A DNA stretch of 62,547 nt, filler included. It is 6 parts of 6 records of this genome, joined end to end, with 100 filler letters (N's around TTAATTAATTAA, not from the genome) between each part and the next. Parts side by side here need not be neighbours in the genome. Positions count along the whole stretch, not along the records: positions 49,387 to 55,205 come from SRR22947725_1465; positions 55,306 to 62,547 come from SRR22947725_1475; 4 more parts are not named here. One strand, 5' to 3'. A program made the position numbers and the translations under genes. The notes under the pieces are model-generated. The model was not told the origin of the DNA. It saw only the letters and a list, made by a program, of their open reading frames with translations, and made no database searches. Positions 50,949 through 61,941 of this stretch are shown here, piece by piece (the stretch's first letter is position 1; each line of letters opens with the position of its first letter).

Positions 50949-53397
50949 TGGCACTATAAAACTTATTAAGTAAATTTGGTAGCAATGTTAAAACTAAAAA
51001 TAAAGCAGTCAACATCGCTAGTCCTGTAAAAACACCAAAATATATAGTTGGCATAAAATTTGACAAAACTAAAATTGAAAAACCAAAAATTATCGTAAAA
51101 GAAGTACTTATAATTGCCTTGCCTACAGATTGATTACAATTATTTGTTATATCTGTATCTTGAATATGGTTTTTTTCTTTTTCAAATTTAAATCTATAAA
51201 TATAGTGGATACTATTATCAACTGCTATACCAATTGTAATAGCTGCTATTGTGATAGTCATCATGTCCAATGGAATATTGAGAAGGCCAATAAAACCAAG
51301 AACAAAAGTTGCAGCTATAAAATTAGGAATTATACCTATAAGTGATAATTTTATAGATCTAAATAATACTATAAACATTAGAAAGATACCAAGCATAACA
51401 ATACCCAAGGTTTTTATTTGAGAGTCAAATAGACTTTGAAGCAAATTATTAAATATTATAAGTACACCCGCTAATTTAAATTCGTTTTCTTTTAAATCAA
51501 ATTTTGTTTTTAAATCATTTTCAATTCTGTTTATCAGTTCCTTCCTTCTAAGATTTTTTTTTGAGTCTATGATTCTCATTGAAATTCTAGCCTCATTTTC
51601 TTCAATAGAAATATAAGGTTTGATAATTTGTTCCTTAATGTTTTCGGGTAACTTTTCATAAAGAACGCCCATTTCTAGACTTCCTAACTTTTTATTATTA
51701 TTTAAACTTTCAGCTATACTTAAAATTGAAGAAAAAGATAAAACTTTACCTATTTCACTTTGAGATTCTAAATATTTATGAATGTCTATAATTTTGTCAA
51801 TTTTATCACGTGTAAACCAGTATTTATAATTATCGTTATTTGAATTACTTTCACCTAAGAAGTTATCTTTGTTATCTGAGGTGCCTAAAAAATTATCATC
51901 GTTACTTGTGTTTACAGATGGCTTTTTAAATTTTAAAATAATTTCCAACGGTGTAGTTCCACCTAATTTTTCATCAATATTTTTCATACCTTTATAAATT
52001 TCAGTATCGGAGTCAAAATAATTAATAAAACTATTTTCTACTTTTAGTTTAGAAATCCCAAAGAAAGAGGAAATGATTAGTACTAAAGTTACTGGATAAA
52101 TTATTAAATTTTTTCTTGATATTTTAAGAAATATATTTGCAATTTTGGAATCTTTAATTTTTAAATTATTAGATAGTGGCGGATCAAAAACTTTAACCAA
52201 TGCTGGCAGAAATAGGAAAGTAGTTATAAAAGAAACTATCAGTCCAATCGTCATCATCCAGCCAAAGTCAATAACTGGTTTAATTTCACTAAAAACTAAA
52301 GATAAAAATGCACATATAGTTGTTAAAACCGCATATAAAATTGGAAATAAAATAGATTTAGATGTTTGTTCAATTCTTAAATCGCAATTATTTTTAAATT
52401 CATCACCTTCAATTTGCATGTATCTAACAAGGTAATGGATATTCATTGACATAGTTAATATCAACATTAGAGCAATAAAATTTGAGGAAATTACTGTTAC
52501 CTTCCAACCTAGCGTACTTAGAAAACCAATCATTAAGGCTATTGATAATGTACAATTTAATAAGGGGAATATTACCCAACTTATATGCCTAAACACTAAC
52601 CACAATGTTACGATGATAAATAAAAAAACTCCAAAACCAAATATTACGATATCACTTTTTATGAAACTGATCATATCATCAGCAATCATAGGTATTCCAC
52701 TAAGTCTAATTTCTGCGTTGGTCTCGTATTTCTTAATGACTCCCTTTATTTCAGAATTATATTTACTGATATTTTTAGATTGAATTTTTTGAAAATCCTT
52801 AATTTTTTTATCTAGAATTTTGATATTACTTTTTTCAACTTTTTTAGAATTTAATAGATTACTCTTTTCTTCAATTGCATTTAAGTATGGTTTATTATCT
52901 TTTAAATACACAACGATACCAAAAGTTTTAGCATCTTCACTAATGATTAAGTTTTTATAAACTGGACTAGAAGTGAGCTCTTGAAGAGCTTTATCTACTT
53001 TCACTTCTTTGTTTGTTATATACTTTAAATTTTTTATTCTATCTATGAGAGGCTCGTTTGTTGATTGAAGTAGAGGAGCGTTTATAATTGATATAGTTTT
53101 ACTGACCCATTTAAAACTATTTATTTCATTAACTAATTTTTGCAATTCACTTATTGACATTTCTATATTTGAATTTTTTGGACTAAAAGTGATTATAAAA
53201 AAATCTTCAGATTTATATCTCTTATTTAATTCTCTTAGATAAACTAAATCAGGATCATTCTCTATTAGCAATGTATCTGAGGATGCGTCTAATTCAAAAT
53301 TTTTTGATTGATAAATAGAACCTAAAAATATTAGGAAAAAAATTGATATTATTGATAATGGATATTTTAAAAGATTTGTATAAATTTTTTTAAGCAT
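50941..53397 (-). CDS. MMPL/RND family transporter
   Basis: Two repeats of TM + periplasmic loop + 5 TM; GGTTPLEI, GIAVDNSIHY. Confidence 0.88.
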   Translation of the reverse strand: MLKKIYTNLLKYPLSIISIFFLIFLGSIYQSKNFELDASSDTLLIENDPDLVYLRELNKRYKSEDFFIITFSPKNSNIEMSISELQKLVNEINSFKWVSKTISIINAPLLQSTNEPLIDRIKNLKYITNKEVKVDKALQELTSSPVYKNLIISEDAKTFGIVVYLKDNKPYLNAIEEKSNLLNSKKVEKSNIKILDKKIKDFQKIQSKNISKYNSEIKGVIKKYETNAEIRLSGIPMIADDMISFIKSDIVIFGFGVFLFIIVTLWLVFRHISWVIFPLLNCTLSIALMIGFLSTLGWKVTVISSNFIALMLILTMSMNIHYLVRYMQIEGDEFKNNCDLRIEQTSKSILFPILYAVLTTICAFLSLVFSEIKPVIDFGWMMTIGLIVSFITTFLFLPALVKVFDPPLSNNLKIKDSKIANIFLKISRKNLIIYPVTLVLIISSFFGISKLKVENSFINYFDSDTEIYKGMKNIDEKLGGTTPLEIILKFKKPSVNTSNDDNFLGTSDNKDNFLGESNSNNDNYKYWFTRDKIDKIIDIHKYLESQSEIGKVLSFSSILSIAESLNNNKKLGSLEMGVLYEKLPENIKEQIIKPYISIEENEARISMRIIDSKKNLRRKELINRIENDLKTKFDLKENEFKLAGVLIIFNNLLQSLFDSQIKTLGIVMLGIFLMFIVLFRSIKLSLIGIIPNFIAATFVLGFIGLLNIPLDMMTITIAAITIGIAVDNSIHYIYRFKFEKEKNHIQDTDITNNCNQSVGKAIISTSFTIIFGFSILVLSNFMPTIYFGVFTGLAMLTALFLVLTLLPNLLNKFYSANG

Positions 53398-54476
53398 TAA
53401 TTTTTGTAATTTCTTAAATATCTTTTAGAAATACAAGTGATTATTCTATATGGAATTGTTCCTGTTAAATCTGCAAAGTCGTCTATAGTAAACTTATCAT
53501 CATAAACATTTACAAAATTTCCAATTTTAATTTTATTTTTTAATTTAGTGATATCGAGAATTATTAAATCCATTGAGATTCTACCAAGCATTGGAATTTT
53601 ATATCCTTTAAAATGAACAAAACCTTTGTTGGATAATCTTATTCCAATCCCATCAGCATAGCCCATCGGTATGGTAGCAGTTATCATATTTTTTTGTGCC
53701 TTAAAGGTTCTTGAGTATCCAGCAGTTTCTCCCTTTTTTAAGTTATTAATTTGGATAATTGGAGATTTTAAACTTACCACGTGCCTGATGTTTTTGTTAA
53801 AACTTCTACTACCCCCATATAGATTAATTCCTGGGCGAACTAAATCATAATGATATTTTTGTCCTAGATAAATACCTCCTGAAGCTGCCAAACTGTATTT
53901 GAATCCTGGTAATTGTTTTTTTATTTTTTCAAATCTTTTTCTTTGTATTTCATTAAACGGATCTTTTTTATTACTAGCACATGCTAAATGACTCATTATT
54001 ATAACTTCTTTAAATTGATCTAGATGACTTTTAAGTTTAATAACTTTTTGTATATCTTTTTCTTGGATTCCCAGTCTACACATCCCGGTATCAAAATGAA
54101 TAACCATTCTTTCTTTTTTTTTATTTTTAATAAATTTTAACCAGCTTTGTAATTGAGAAATACTATTGATTACCGGATTAAGATTATATTTATATAAAAT
54201 TTTTTCTTCATTACGATTTACTCCGTTTAAAATATTAATTATAATTTTTTTAAATTTCTTTCTAATAAAAATACCTTCATTAATATTAGCAACAAAAAAT
54301 CTTTTACACCCTGACTTCATCAATTTTTCAACGATTTTATTGTGACCCCCAAGGCCATAACTTGATGCTTTTACAGTCCCGCAGACTTCTGATTTTTTAC
54401 AGATTTTTTTAATTACAAGATAGTTTTGCTTTACAGCATTTAAATCAATATCTAAAGACGGAGTTGAATATTTCAT
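53397..54476 (-). CDS. alr: Alanine racemase
   Basis: VKASSYGLG (PLP Lys), HFDTGMCRLG, MSHLAC, VRPGINLYG, GYADG, GRISMD. Confidence 0.93.
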   Translation of the reverse strand: MKYSTPSLDIDLNAVKQNYLVIKKICKKSEVCGTVKASSYGLGGHNKIVEKLMKSGCKRFFVANINEGIFIRKKFKKIIINILNGVNRNEEKILYKYNLNPVINSISQLQSWLKFIKNKKKERMVIHFDTGMCRLGIQEKDIQKVIKLKSHLDQFKEVIIMSHLACASNKKDPFNEIQRKRFEKIKKQLPGFKYSLAASGGIYLGQKYHYDLVRPGINLYGGSRSFNKNIRHVVSLKSPIIQINNLKKGETAGYSRTFKAQKNMITATIPMGYADGIGIRLSNKGFVHFKGYKIPMLGRISMDLIILDITKLKNKIKIGNFVNVYDDKFTIDDFADLTGTIPYRIITCISKRYLRNYKN

Positions 54477-54527
54477 GTTTAAATAAAAAGTTGGTATATA
54501 ATTAATTGAATAAAAAGTAACTAATTT

Positions 54528-55205
54528 TTAACTAGTTGCGTCTTTAAACTTAGTAAATGCACTCTCAAATTCAAGTTTGATTAAACCTGTTGGACCGTGT
54601 CTTTGTTTTCCAATGATAATTTCTGCTTGATTATGAACTTGATTCATTTTTTCTTGCCATTCAACATGTTCTGCAGTCCCAAGTTTCGGTTCCTGTTTTT
54701 CTAAATAATATTGTTCTCTAAAAACAAACATAACAACATCTGCGTCCTGTTCAATTGAACCGGATTCTCTTAAATCAGAAAGCTGAGGTTTTTTATCATC
54801 TCTTTGTTCAACCTGTCTTGATAATTGCGATAATGCAAGTACTGGTACATCAAGTTCTTTTGCTAGCGCTTTTAATCCTTGGGTAATTTGTGCTATTTCA
54901 ATAACCCTTCCTTCATTTTTATATCCACTAGATTTCATTAACTGAATATAATCTATCACAATAAGATCTAATCCTTGTTTTCTCTTTAATCTTCTTGCTC
55001 TGTTACTAACTGCTGCAATTGATATGGCCGGGGTATCATCAATATGAAGAGGGAGATTTTCTAAGTTTTTCGAAGCTTCAATGAATTTTTCAAAATCTTC
55101 CTGGTTTATTTTACCTCTTCTAATATCATTTGATTTAATTCTTGATTGTTCAGATAAAATTCTTGTCGACAATTGTTCAGATGACATTTCTAAAGAAAAA
55201 AAAGC
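54528..55205 (-). CDS. dnaB: Replicative DNA helicase, C-terminal part (5'-truncated)
   Basis: FSLEMS, IDYIQL, LSQLSR, SDLRESGSIEQDAD, KQRHGP. Confidence 0.97.
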   Translation of the reverse strand, partial: AFFSLEMSSEQLSTRILSEQSRIKSNDIRRGKINQEDFEKFIEASKNLENLPLHIDDTPAISIAAVSNRARRLKRKQGLDLIVIDYIQLMKSSGYKNEGRVIEIAQITQGLKALAKELDVPVLALSQLSRQVEQRDDKKPQLSDLRESGSIEQDADVVMFVFREQYYLEKQEPKLGTAEHVEWQEKMNQVHNQAEIIIGKQRHGPTGLIKLEFESAFTKFKDATS

Positions 55206-55305
55206 NNNNNNNNNNNNNNNNNNNNNNNNNNNNNNNNNNNNNNNNNNNNTTAATTAATTAANNNNNNNNNNNNNNNNNNNNNNNNNNNNNNNNNNNNNNN
55301 NNNNN
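55206..55305. other. Artificial contig spacer 5
   Basis: N44-TTAATTAATTAA-N44. Confidence 0.97.
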
Positions 55306-55822
55306 TATCTAATTGTTTTGCTTTAATGAAAGATAGCTTAGTTTCATTTGTTTCAATTTCATTAGATATTTGATGCTTTTTTTGATCAGTGATTAATACT
55401 GCAAGATTAGAATGGCGCTCATCAATATAATTAATTATTTCATTCAATATATTTTCATTTTGTACAGCTGAGCTTGAAGTAGTTTTCAAGTTAATTAATT
55501 TCTCCTCAAATGAATTCATTGAGATGTTCTGACTGAATTTATCATCTTGATTTTTCATTATTAAAACTTTTAAGTCAGAAATTAGATTAGAGGGTTTCTC
55601 GATTAATTTCTGAGTTCCATCAGGCTTTTCATAATAACCAATTTCAAGAATTGTCGATGATTTAAATTTAGGCTTTAGAGAAAGAGAATAAATAATGCTC
55701 ACTATTGTAAAAATTAATATAGTTGAGATTATTAATTTTTTAGATTCTATGAGTATTTTGAATATTTCTCGTAAATCTATTTCATCTTCATAAGGTGAGG
55801 GTTGTGTTAAATTTTTAGTCAT
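55306..55822 (-). CDS. Wzz/FepE-type polysaccharide chain-length determinant (3'-truncated)
   Basis: EDEIDLREIFKIL..SKKLII followed by a TM helix and P.F.S. Confidence 0.85.
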
Positions 55823-55902
55823 TTCCAATTAGGTTTATTAATTTAAATTTTATTTTATATAATTAAGCCAGGGGAAAGGGTCAATTTGACTCTAAAGGGA
55901 GT

Positions 55903-56355
55903 TTATTTTCTACGTAATTTAAAGAATGATTGTAAGATATTCTTACATTCGTACTCTAGAACTCCCCCACTAACTGATATTTGATGGTTAAAGATTGATT
56001 CCGATGAGAGATCAATAGTTGAGCCACAGACCCCACTTTTAGGATCTGAAGCCCCAAAAACCACTCTTTCAATGCGAGCATGAATCATTGCCCCAAGGCA
56101 CATGGTACAGGGCTCTAAAGTGACATATAAGGTTGTTTTCGGTAATCTATAGTTATGTAATTTTGCACCAGCCTTTCGAAGAACCTCAATTTCAGCATGA
56201 GCAGTTGGGTCGTTATTTTTTATTGGTCGATTATGAGCTTGTACAATTAATTTATTGTCTTGAACAAGAACTGCGCCAACAGGTATCTCATTTTCATTCA
56301 TTGCTAAAAGAGCTTCACTAATAGCAACCTTCATCCATTTTTCATCTCTAGTCAT
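55903..56355 (-). CDS. tadA: tRNA adenosine(34) deaminase
   Basis: EIPVGAV, DPTAHAE, NYRL, TLEPCTMC, FFKLRR. Confidence 0.95.
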   Translation of the reverse strand: MTRDEKWMKVAISEALLAMNENEIPVGAVLVQDNKLIVQAHNRPIKNNDPTAHAEIEVLRKAGAKLHNYRLPKTTLYVTLEPCTMCLGAMIHARIERVVFGASDPKSGVCGSTIDLSSESIFNHQISVSGGVLEYECKNILQSFFKLRRK

Positions 56356-56380
56356 AAATTCATTTTAACAATAGACAAGA

Positions 56381-57001
56381 TTAAAACCAACCACCTTGGG
56401 AGGCTAGATTAAAAGCGATAATAAACATAATTGATGCAATAAATGTGTCAAGGATTCGCCAATGTCTGGGAGTTTGCATGATGGGGGTAAGTAATTTAGC
56501 ACCATAAGCAATACCAAAAAACCAAACAAAACTTGCAATACTTGCGCCAAATGCAAAATATACTCTATTCAAATCAACAAACTGTTGAGAGATAGACCCA
56601 ATCAGAATCATAGTGTCGAGATAGACATGAGGGTTGGCAAAAGTAAAAATAGCTGCAATTGATATAGAGTTTAAAAGACTGCTTGGTTCTATATTGCTTG
56701 TAATAATTGCAGAGTTAGCTTTGAAAACTGAATTAAGTCTTAATAATCCATAAGCTAATAACCATAGTGCAGCAAAACCAAAAATTATTTTTGAATGTTC
56801 ATTAATAAAATCATTAAAGAAATATGAGATCCCTGTAACCCCAAGAACAATTAATAAGGCATCAGAGATTGAACAAAAAAGAGCAACATAGAAGACATGC
56901 CGCCTGAGAATTCCTTGTCTTAGAACAAAAGCATTTTGCGCACCGATTGCTACAATTAATGAAAGCCCAAGAAAAAAACCAGTAAAAAATGCTGAAACCA
57001 T
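56381..57001 (-). CDS. LysE/ArgO family amino-acid exporter
   Basis: LIVAIGAQNAFVLRQG, NPHVYLDT. Confidence 0.92.
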   Translation of the reverse strand: MVSAFFTGFFLGLSLIVAIGAQNAFVLRQGILRRHVFYVALFCSISDALLIVLGVTGISYFFNDFINEHSKIIFGFAALWLLAYGLLRLNSVFKANSAIITSNIEPSSLLNSISIAAIFTFANPHVYLDTMILIGSISQQFVDLNRVYFAFGASIASFVWFFGIAYGAKLLTPIMQTPRHWRILDTFIASIMFIIAFNLASQGGWF

Positions 57002-57010
57002 TAATTATTA

Positions 57011-57658
57011 TTAACTTTTATTAATACATCTGAAAGCAATATTACGAGCAAACATCTCAGGAAATTTTTTGGATAGTTTTCCGCCTTTAAGAATAGTAAT
57101 CTCTTCAATATTAAAGAAGTTAGACATTAATTTTTTAACATCTTTATAAGATAAGAACTGTAAGTGAGTTGGATCACCAGAGATTAATAGCCTCCTTCCT
57201 CTTATTATTTGCCATCTATCTTTTAAATGATAGGCTAGGGGAAGATTGCCAATAAATTCACCATTCTTTTTTAAAACCCGTTTTATTTCACTCAGTGTAA
57301 TATTGGGGTATGGTAGATGTTCCAATACTTCGGCCATCACAACCACATCAAAACTATTATCCTTAAATGGCAATGATTGATTGAGATCCACCTTCATTGT
57401 TTCAACTTTGTAATTTCTTTTGGCATATTCGAGTGCATTCTCATCAATATCTGCAAGAGTCACATTATTTTTTTCAATAAAATGTTTTGTTAGGGTTCCA
57501 TCTCTTCCCCCCAGGTCAAGAACTTTTTTATTTATACCAATCCATGCAGCAAACAAAAGGCCTCGCCTATTCTCAAGAAAGCTTTGTTTTAACCTTTGAC
57601 CATCCTCATGATGAGACTCATAAAAAGACTGAATTAAACTTTTTTCATTATCAATCAT
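57011..57658 (-). CDS. Class I SAM-dependent methyltransferase
   Basis: VLDLGGRDG, LPFKDNSFDVV, EVLEHL, RVLKKNG. Confidence 0.88.
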   Translation of the reverse strand: MIDNEKSLIQSFYESHHEDGQRLKQSFLENRRGLLFAAWIGINKKVLDLGGRDGTLTKHFIEKNNVTLADIDENALEYAKRNYKVETMKVDLNQSLPFKDNSFDVVVMAEVLEHLPYPNITLSEIKRVLKKNGEFIGNLPLAYHLKDRWQIIRGRRLLISGDPTHLQFLSYKDVKKLMSNFFNIEEITILKGGKLSKKFPEMFARNIAFRCINKS

Positions 57659-57705
57659 AATTAAGTATAAAAAAATTAATTTTATTAAATGGCTGTTTCA
57701 TTTAA

Positions 57706-59280
57706 CTATTCCCACTCAATAGTAGAAGGAGGTTTTCCAGATATGTCATAGACCACTCTGGAAACTCGATTAATTTCATTCATGATACGATTAGAAACAT
57801 GATCTAAGAAATCATATGGAAGCCTTGCCCATCTTGCAGTCATAAAGTCTATCGTTTCTACAGCCCGCAATGCAATAACATAGTCATATCTTCTCTCATC
57901 GCCGGTGACACCAACTGATTTTACTGGAAGAAATACAGCAAAGGCTTGATCTACAGAATCAAATAAATTGTTTTTATTTAGCTCTTCCATAAAAATATGA
58001 TCAGCATGCCTTAAAATTTCTGCAAATTCTTCTTTGACTGGCCCTAAAATTCTAACCCCTAAACCAGGGCCAGGGAAAGGATGACGATATAACATTTTTC
58101 TTGGAAGGCCAAGCTCTACTCCAATCTCTCTCACTTCGTCTTTGAAAAGCTCCTTAAGAGGCTCAACCAAATCAAATTTCATATCTTCAGGAAGGCCACC
58201 AACATTATGATGAGATTTAATTACTTTTGCCTTGCCAGATGCAGCTCCAGCAGACTCAATAACGTCAGGATAGATTGTCCCTTGAGCTAGAAAGTTTATA
58301 TCTTTTAACTTTTTTGCTTCAATATCAAATATTTCAATAAATGCGTTACCAATAATTTTTCTTTTGAGCTCAGGATCACTTTCATCAAGTAATTTTTCAA
58401 AGAAATATAGCTGAGCATCTGCTCTAATAACATCTAAACCAAGGTTTTCATTGAAGGTATTCATTACTTCATCACCCTCGTTGAGCCTCAATAATCCATT
58501 GTCAACAAAGACACAGGTTAGTTGATCACCTATCGCTTTCTGAAGAAGAACAGCAACTACTGAGGAATCAACACCACCAGAAAGGGCTAAGAGAACTTTT
58601 TGTTTGCCAACCTGCAACTTAATTTTTTGAATTAAGCTTTCAATAATATTTTCTGTGGTCCATTTTTTTTCACAATTACAAATATCTACGACAAACCTCT
58701 CTAAGATTTCCTTCCCTTGTTTTGTATGCGTGACTTCTGGATGAAACTGAAGGCCATAATAATTTTCATCATTATTTACAAACCCAGCAATAGGGCAGTT
58801 TTCAGTTGATGCAATTAGCTCAAAGCCAGGAGGCAGACTAGTAACTTCAATACCATGACTCATCCAAACATCTAATAAACTATGCCCTTTGGAATTCACT
58901 TCATCCACAATGTCTGTTAAAAGTTTAGAATGATTTCTTGCACGAATTTTTGCGAAACCAAATTCTGATTTTTTGGCACTTTTTGCATTTCCACCGAGTT
59001 GTACAGCCATAGTCTGCATTCCATAACAAATCCCTAGAATTGGTACCTTTAGGTCGAATACAATTTTTGGAGCTCTAGCAGATCTCTCTTTAATAACTGT
59101 ATCAGGTCCGCCTGAAAGAATAATTCCACTAGCACCAAAATTTTTAATAAAATGTACATTTACATCGTATGAGACTAATTCACAATAAATACCAATCTCT
59201 CTAACTCTTCTAGCTATTAATTGAGTATATTGAGAGCCAAAATCAAGAATTAAAATTTTATGTTGATGTATGTCAGACAT
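57706..59280 (-). CDS. guaA: GMP synthase (glutamine-hydrolysing)
   Basis: [44 protein letters not shown]. Confidence 0.98.
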   Translation of the reverse strand: MSDIHQHKILILDFGSQYTQLIARRVREIGIYCELVSYDVNVHFIKNFGASGIILSGGPDTVIKERSARAPKIVFDLKVPILGICYGMQTMAVQLGGNAKSAKKSEFGFAKIRARNHSKLLTDIVDEVNSKGHSLLDVWMSHGIEVTSLPPGFELIASTENCPIAGFVNNDENYYGLQFHPEVTHTKQGKEILERFVVDICNCEKKWTTENIIESLIQKIKLQVGKQKVLLALSGGVDSSVVAVLLQKAIGDQLTCVFVDNGLLRLNEGDEVMNTFNENLGLDVIRADAQLYFFEKLLDESDPELKRKIIGNAFIEIFDIEAKKLKDINFLAQGTIYPDVIESAGAASGKAKVIKSHHNVGGLPEDMKFDLVEPLKELFKDEVREIGVELGLPRKMLYRHPFPGPGLGVRILGPVKEEFAEILRHADHIFMEELNKNNLFDSVDQAFAVFLPVKSVGVTGDERRYDYVIALRAVETIDFMTARWARLPYDFLDHVSNRIMNEINRVSRVVYDISGKPPSTIEWE

Positions 59281-59328
59281 TTAAATAGTTTTACTTTCAG
59301 ATTCAATTAAAAATATTATGATATTTTA

Positions 59329-60414
59329 ATGAAAATTAAAGATCGCTACATTGCTAAAACATTATTAAATTACACATTAGTTGTAATGTTAGTTTGGCTG
59401 AGTATATATAGTTTTTTTAATTTTTTATCAGAATTAAACTCGGTTGGAAAAGCTAATTATACGATTTTGGAGGCATTTCAATATATTGTGTTGCAGATGC
59501 CAGAGGTTGCATATGATCAATCATCTGCATTAATTCTGCTGGGATGCATTCTTGGAATGGGTCATTTGGCTACCACTGGCCAGCTTCTTATCTTAAGAGC
59601 TTCAGGGGTTTCAGTTTTCAAAATTACTTGGCTTACTATAAAAAATGCGATGATATTTTTGTTTATATTGATTTTAGTTGGTGAAACTCTAGCTCCAACT
59701 TTAACACAGTATGCTGAAAATGACCGATCTAATGCCTTGGGTCAGACAACCCTTTCAGAAAGTCAAGATGGATTCTGGATAAGAGACGGAGATAACTTTA
59801 TTAATGTTGAAAATAATATAGATGGCAGCATATTTAAGGGAATTACTGTTATTGAGGTTAACAAAGAAAATCGGATTGAAAGAGTCATCAACTCAGATAG
59901 TGGCCTTTTTGATGGCAAATCTATTAATCTCAATGACGCAAATATTTTTTCAATTAATACTAAAAATAAATTTGAAAATATTTTATTTAAAGAGCGTTTT
60001 GAGTATAAAAAAGGCGTTGCCTTTGATCAAGATTTAATTACTAGTTTTGAAAAAAAACCAGAAGATCTGTCAACATTTACAATTATTAAACAGATACAAT
60101 TTTTAACAGACAATAAACTAAGATCTGGAGTATTTGAAGTAGAGTTATACAAAAGGCTTGGTAAACCCGTATCACTTTTGGCTATGATCTTGATAGCTAT
60201 GCTATTTATTTTTGGATCTACTAGGACTGTTACCTTGGGTAGAAAAATTTTTTTAGGAGTTGCAATCGGCTTAACCTTCGAATTGATTTCTAGAATTAGT
60301 GGTGCATTATCATTGAGTTATGAATTTAGTCCATTTTTAAGCTCTTTTATTCCCTCACTTTTGGCCATAATTATTGCAGTTATGATTTTGATAAAGAAAT
60401 CAACTCACTCCTAG
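59329..60414 (+). CDS. lptG: LPS export ABC transporter permease LptG
   Basis: DRYIAK, GQLLILRASGVS, GFWIRDG; 3+3 TM LptF/G topology. Confidence 0.85.
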   Translation: MKIKDRYIAKTLLNYTLVVMLVWLSIYSFFNFLSELNSVGKANYTILEAFQYIVLQMPEVAYDQSSALILLGCILGMGHLATTGQLLILRASGVSVFKITWLTIKNAMIFLFILILVGETLAPTLTQYAENDRSNALGQTTLSESQDGFWIRDGDNFINVENNIDGSIFKGITVIEVNKENRIERVINSDSGLFDGKSINLNDANIFSINTKNKFENILFKERFEYKKGVAFDQDLITSFEKKPEDLSTFTIIKQIQFLTDNKLRSGVFEVELYKRLGKPVSLLAMILIAMLFIFGSTRTVTLGRKIFLGVAIGLTFELISRISGALSLSYEFSPFLSSFIPSLLAIIIAVMILIKKSTHS

Positions 60415-60415
60415 G

Positions 60416-60715
60416 ATGACACAAGTTATATCAAAAATATCAAAACAAAAGCTAAAAATTCCTAATCGTTTTGATGTGCTTATAATAAATGATGATTACA
60501 CATCGATGGACTTTGTGGTGGATGTACTTAAGAGATTTTTTCATAAAGAATTTTTGGCCGCTGAGGCTATTATGCTTAAAATTCATATTGATGGAGAGGC
60601 TGTATGTGGAACATATTCATTTGATGTTGCGCAAACTAAAGTATCACAAGTGATAGAATATTCTCGTAAAAATGACCAACCCTTGATGTCAGTTGTAAGA
60701 GAAGTTATCTTATAG
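60416..60715 (+). CDS. clpS: Clp protease adaptor ClpS
   Basis: NDDYTSMDFVV, MLKIH..G, AQTKV. Confidence 0.93.
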   Translation: MTQVISKISKQKLKIPNRFDVLIINDDYTSMDFVVDVLKRFFHKEFLAAEAIMLKIHIDGEAVCGTYSFDVAQTKVSQVIEYSRKNDQPLMSVVREVIL

Positions 60716-60738
60716 TTTATTTTGTTTGGAGATTCAAT

Positions 60739-61845
60739 ATGACAATTCAATCAATAAAGCCTCAAAATGATGGTTTAAATGTGTTTTGGAATAATGGCAC
60801 TTCTAGCTGCTTTCCTTGGCTTTGGATAAGGGATCATAGTGAAAATGAGATTGATCTTCATCCAGACTCAAAGCAGCGCCAAATTGATGTATTTACCGAG
60901 ACGCCAGATAATTCTGTAAATAAGGCAATCTTAGACCAAAATAAAAAAAATATTACTGTTAAGTGGTCAGATAATTCTGAAAGTAGTATTTCGTTTGATT
61001 TGCTTCAGTCGATGTCAACAGTTAGTTCACCATCAGCCCAAGCTTTAAGTGATAGCGCCTATTGGAATTCGCCCAGTGATATTAAAATTTTTCCAGAGAT
61101 TTCTTACAATGAGTTTATGGATGATGGAGGGCTAAATAAATGGCTTGGTCATATTCAGGCAAATGGCTTTATTTTGGTAACAGACACTCCAGCTTCAGCT
61201 GATGCAACAAAAGAACTTATGGAAAGGATGGCTTATGTAAGAAATTCAATTTTTGGTGGTTTCTCTGTCTGGGATAACAAGCTTGAAGACCCAGATGATA
61301 CTGCCTTTACATCACTTTCAATTGAGCCTCATACTGATGGGACCTATGTTCATGATGCGCCAGGATTACAAACCCTTCACTGCTTAAAGAAAGACTCAGT
61401 TGGCGGTGAAAATCAATTAGTAGATGGGCTTGCAATTGCTGAAAAAATGAGAATTGAATATCCTGAATATTTCAAATTACTTTCTAAAATCAACATACCT
61501 GGAAGATATATTAAGACTGATACATATTTAGAGGCTAAGAGGCCTTTATTTAGGGTTAATGATGAAGAAAAGGTCGTTCAAGTCAGTTTTAATAATCATG
61601 ATAGAGCACCATTTAGACTTGATAACGAATCAATGCAAGAATTTTATGAGGCTTACAAGGTTTTTCATAATTTGGCTAATGACAAAAATCGTCAATTTCA
61701 ATTCATGTTGGAACCTGGTAAGGTTTTAACTTTTGACAACTGGAGAGTACTTCATGCGAGGTCTTCATTAACTGGTTACCGGCAGCTTTGTGGTGGCTAT
61801 CATAATCGTGAGGATTTTGAAAGTAAGTTGAGGTTAATTCAGTAG
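60739..61845 (+). CDS. Fe(II)/2-oxoglutarate dioxygenase, gamma-butyrobetaine/trimethyllysine hydroxylase-like
   Basis: N-terminal WIRDH...QR domain, HTD iron motif, DNWRVLHAR. Confidence 0.87.
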   Translation: MTIQSIKPQNDGLNVFWNNGTSSCFPWLWIRDHSENEIDLHPDSKQRQIDVFTETPDNSVNKAILDQNKKNITVKWSDNSESSISFDLLQSMSTVSSPSAQALSDSAYWNSPSDIKIFPEISYNEFMDDGGLNKWLGHIQANGFILVTDTPASADATKELMERMAYVRNSIFGGFSVWDNKLEDPDDTAFTSLSIEPHTDGTYVHDAPGLQTLHCLKKDSVGGENQLVDGLAIAEKMRIEYPEYFKLLSKINIPGRYIKTDTYLEAKRPLFRVNDEEKVVQVSFNNHDRAPFRLDNESMQEFYEAYKVFHNLANDKNRQFQFMLEPGKVLTFDNWRVLHARSSLTGYRQLCGGYHNREDFESKLRLIQ

Positions 61846-61941
61846 GGGAAAAACCACATAATTCAAATTATTTTTTGAATCAAATTTCTTTTAGAGATGT
61901 TAAAATTAAGATTAATGACAAAGTTAAATAAATAATATTCT

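Noticed and set aside
54355-54385. Alanine racemase motif VKASSYGLG differs from the usual VKANAYGHG
   Set aside because: The PLP lysine and the other catalytic motifs are intact; ordinary divergence
11541-55261. Recurrent TTAATTAATTAA as a biological repeat or CRISPR-like array
   Set aside because: Always centred in 44+44 Ns; it is an assembly linker with stops in all frames
56381-57001. ArgO/LysE exporter as part of the arginine system
   Set aside because: Different contig and organism from the arg operon
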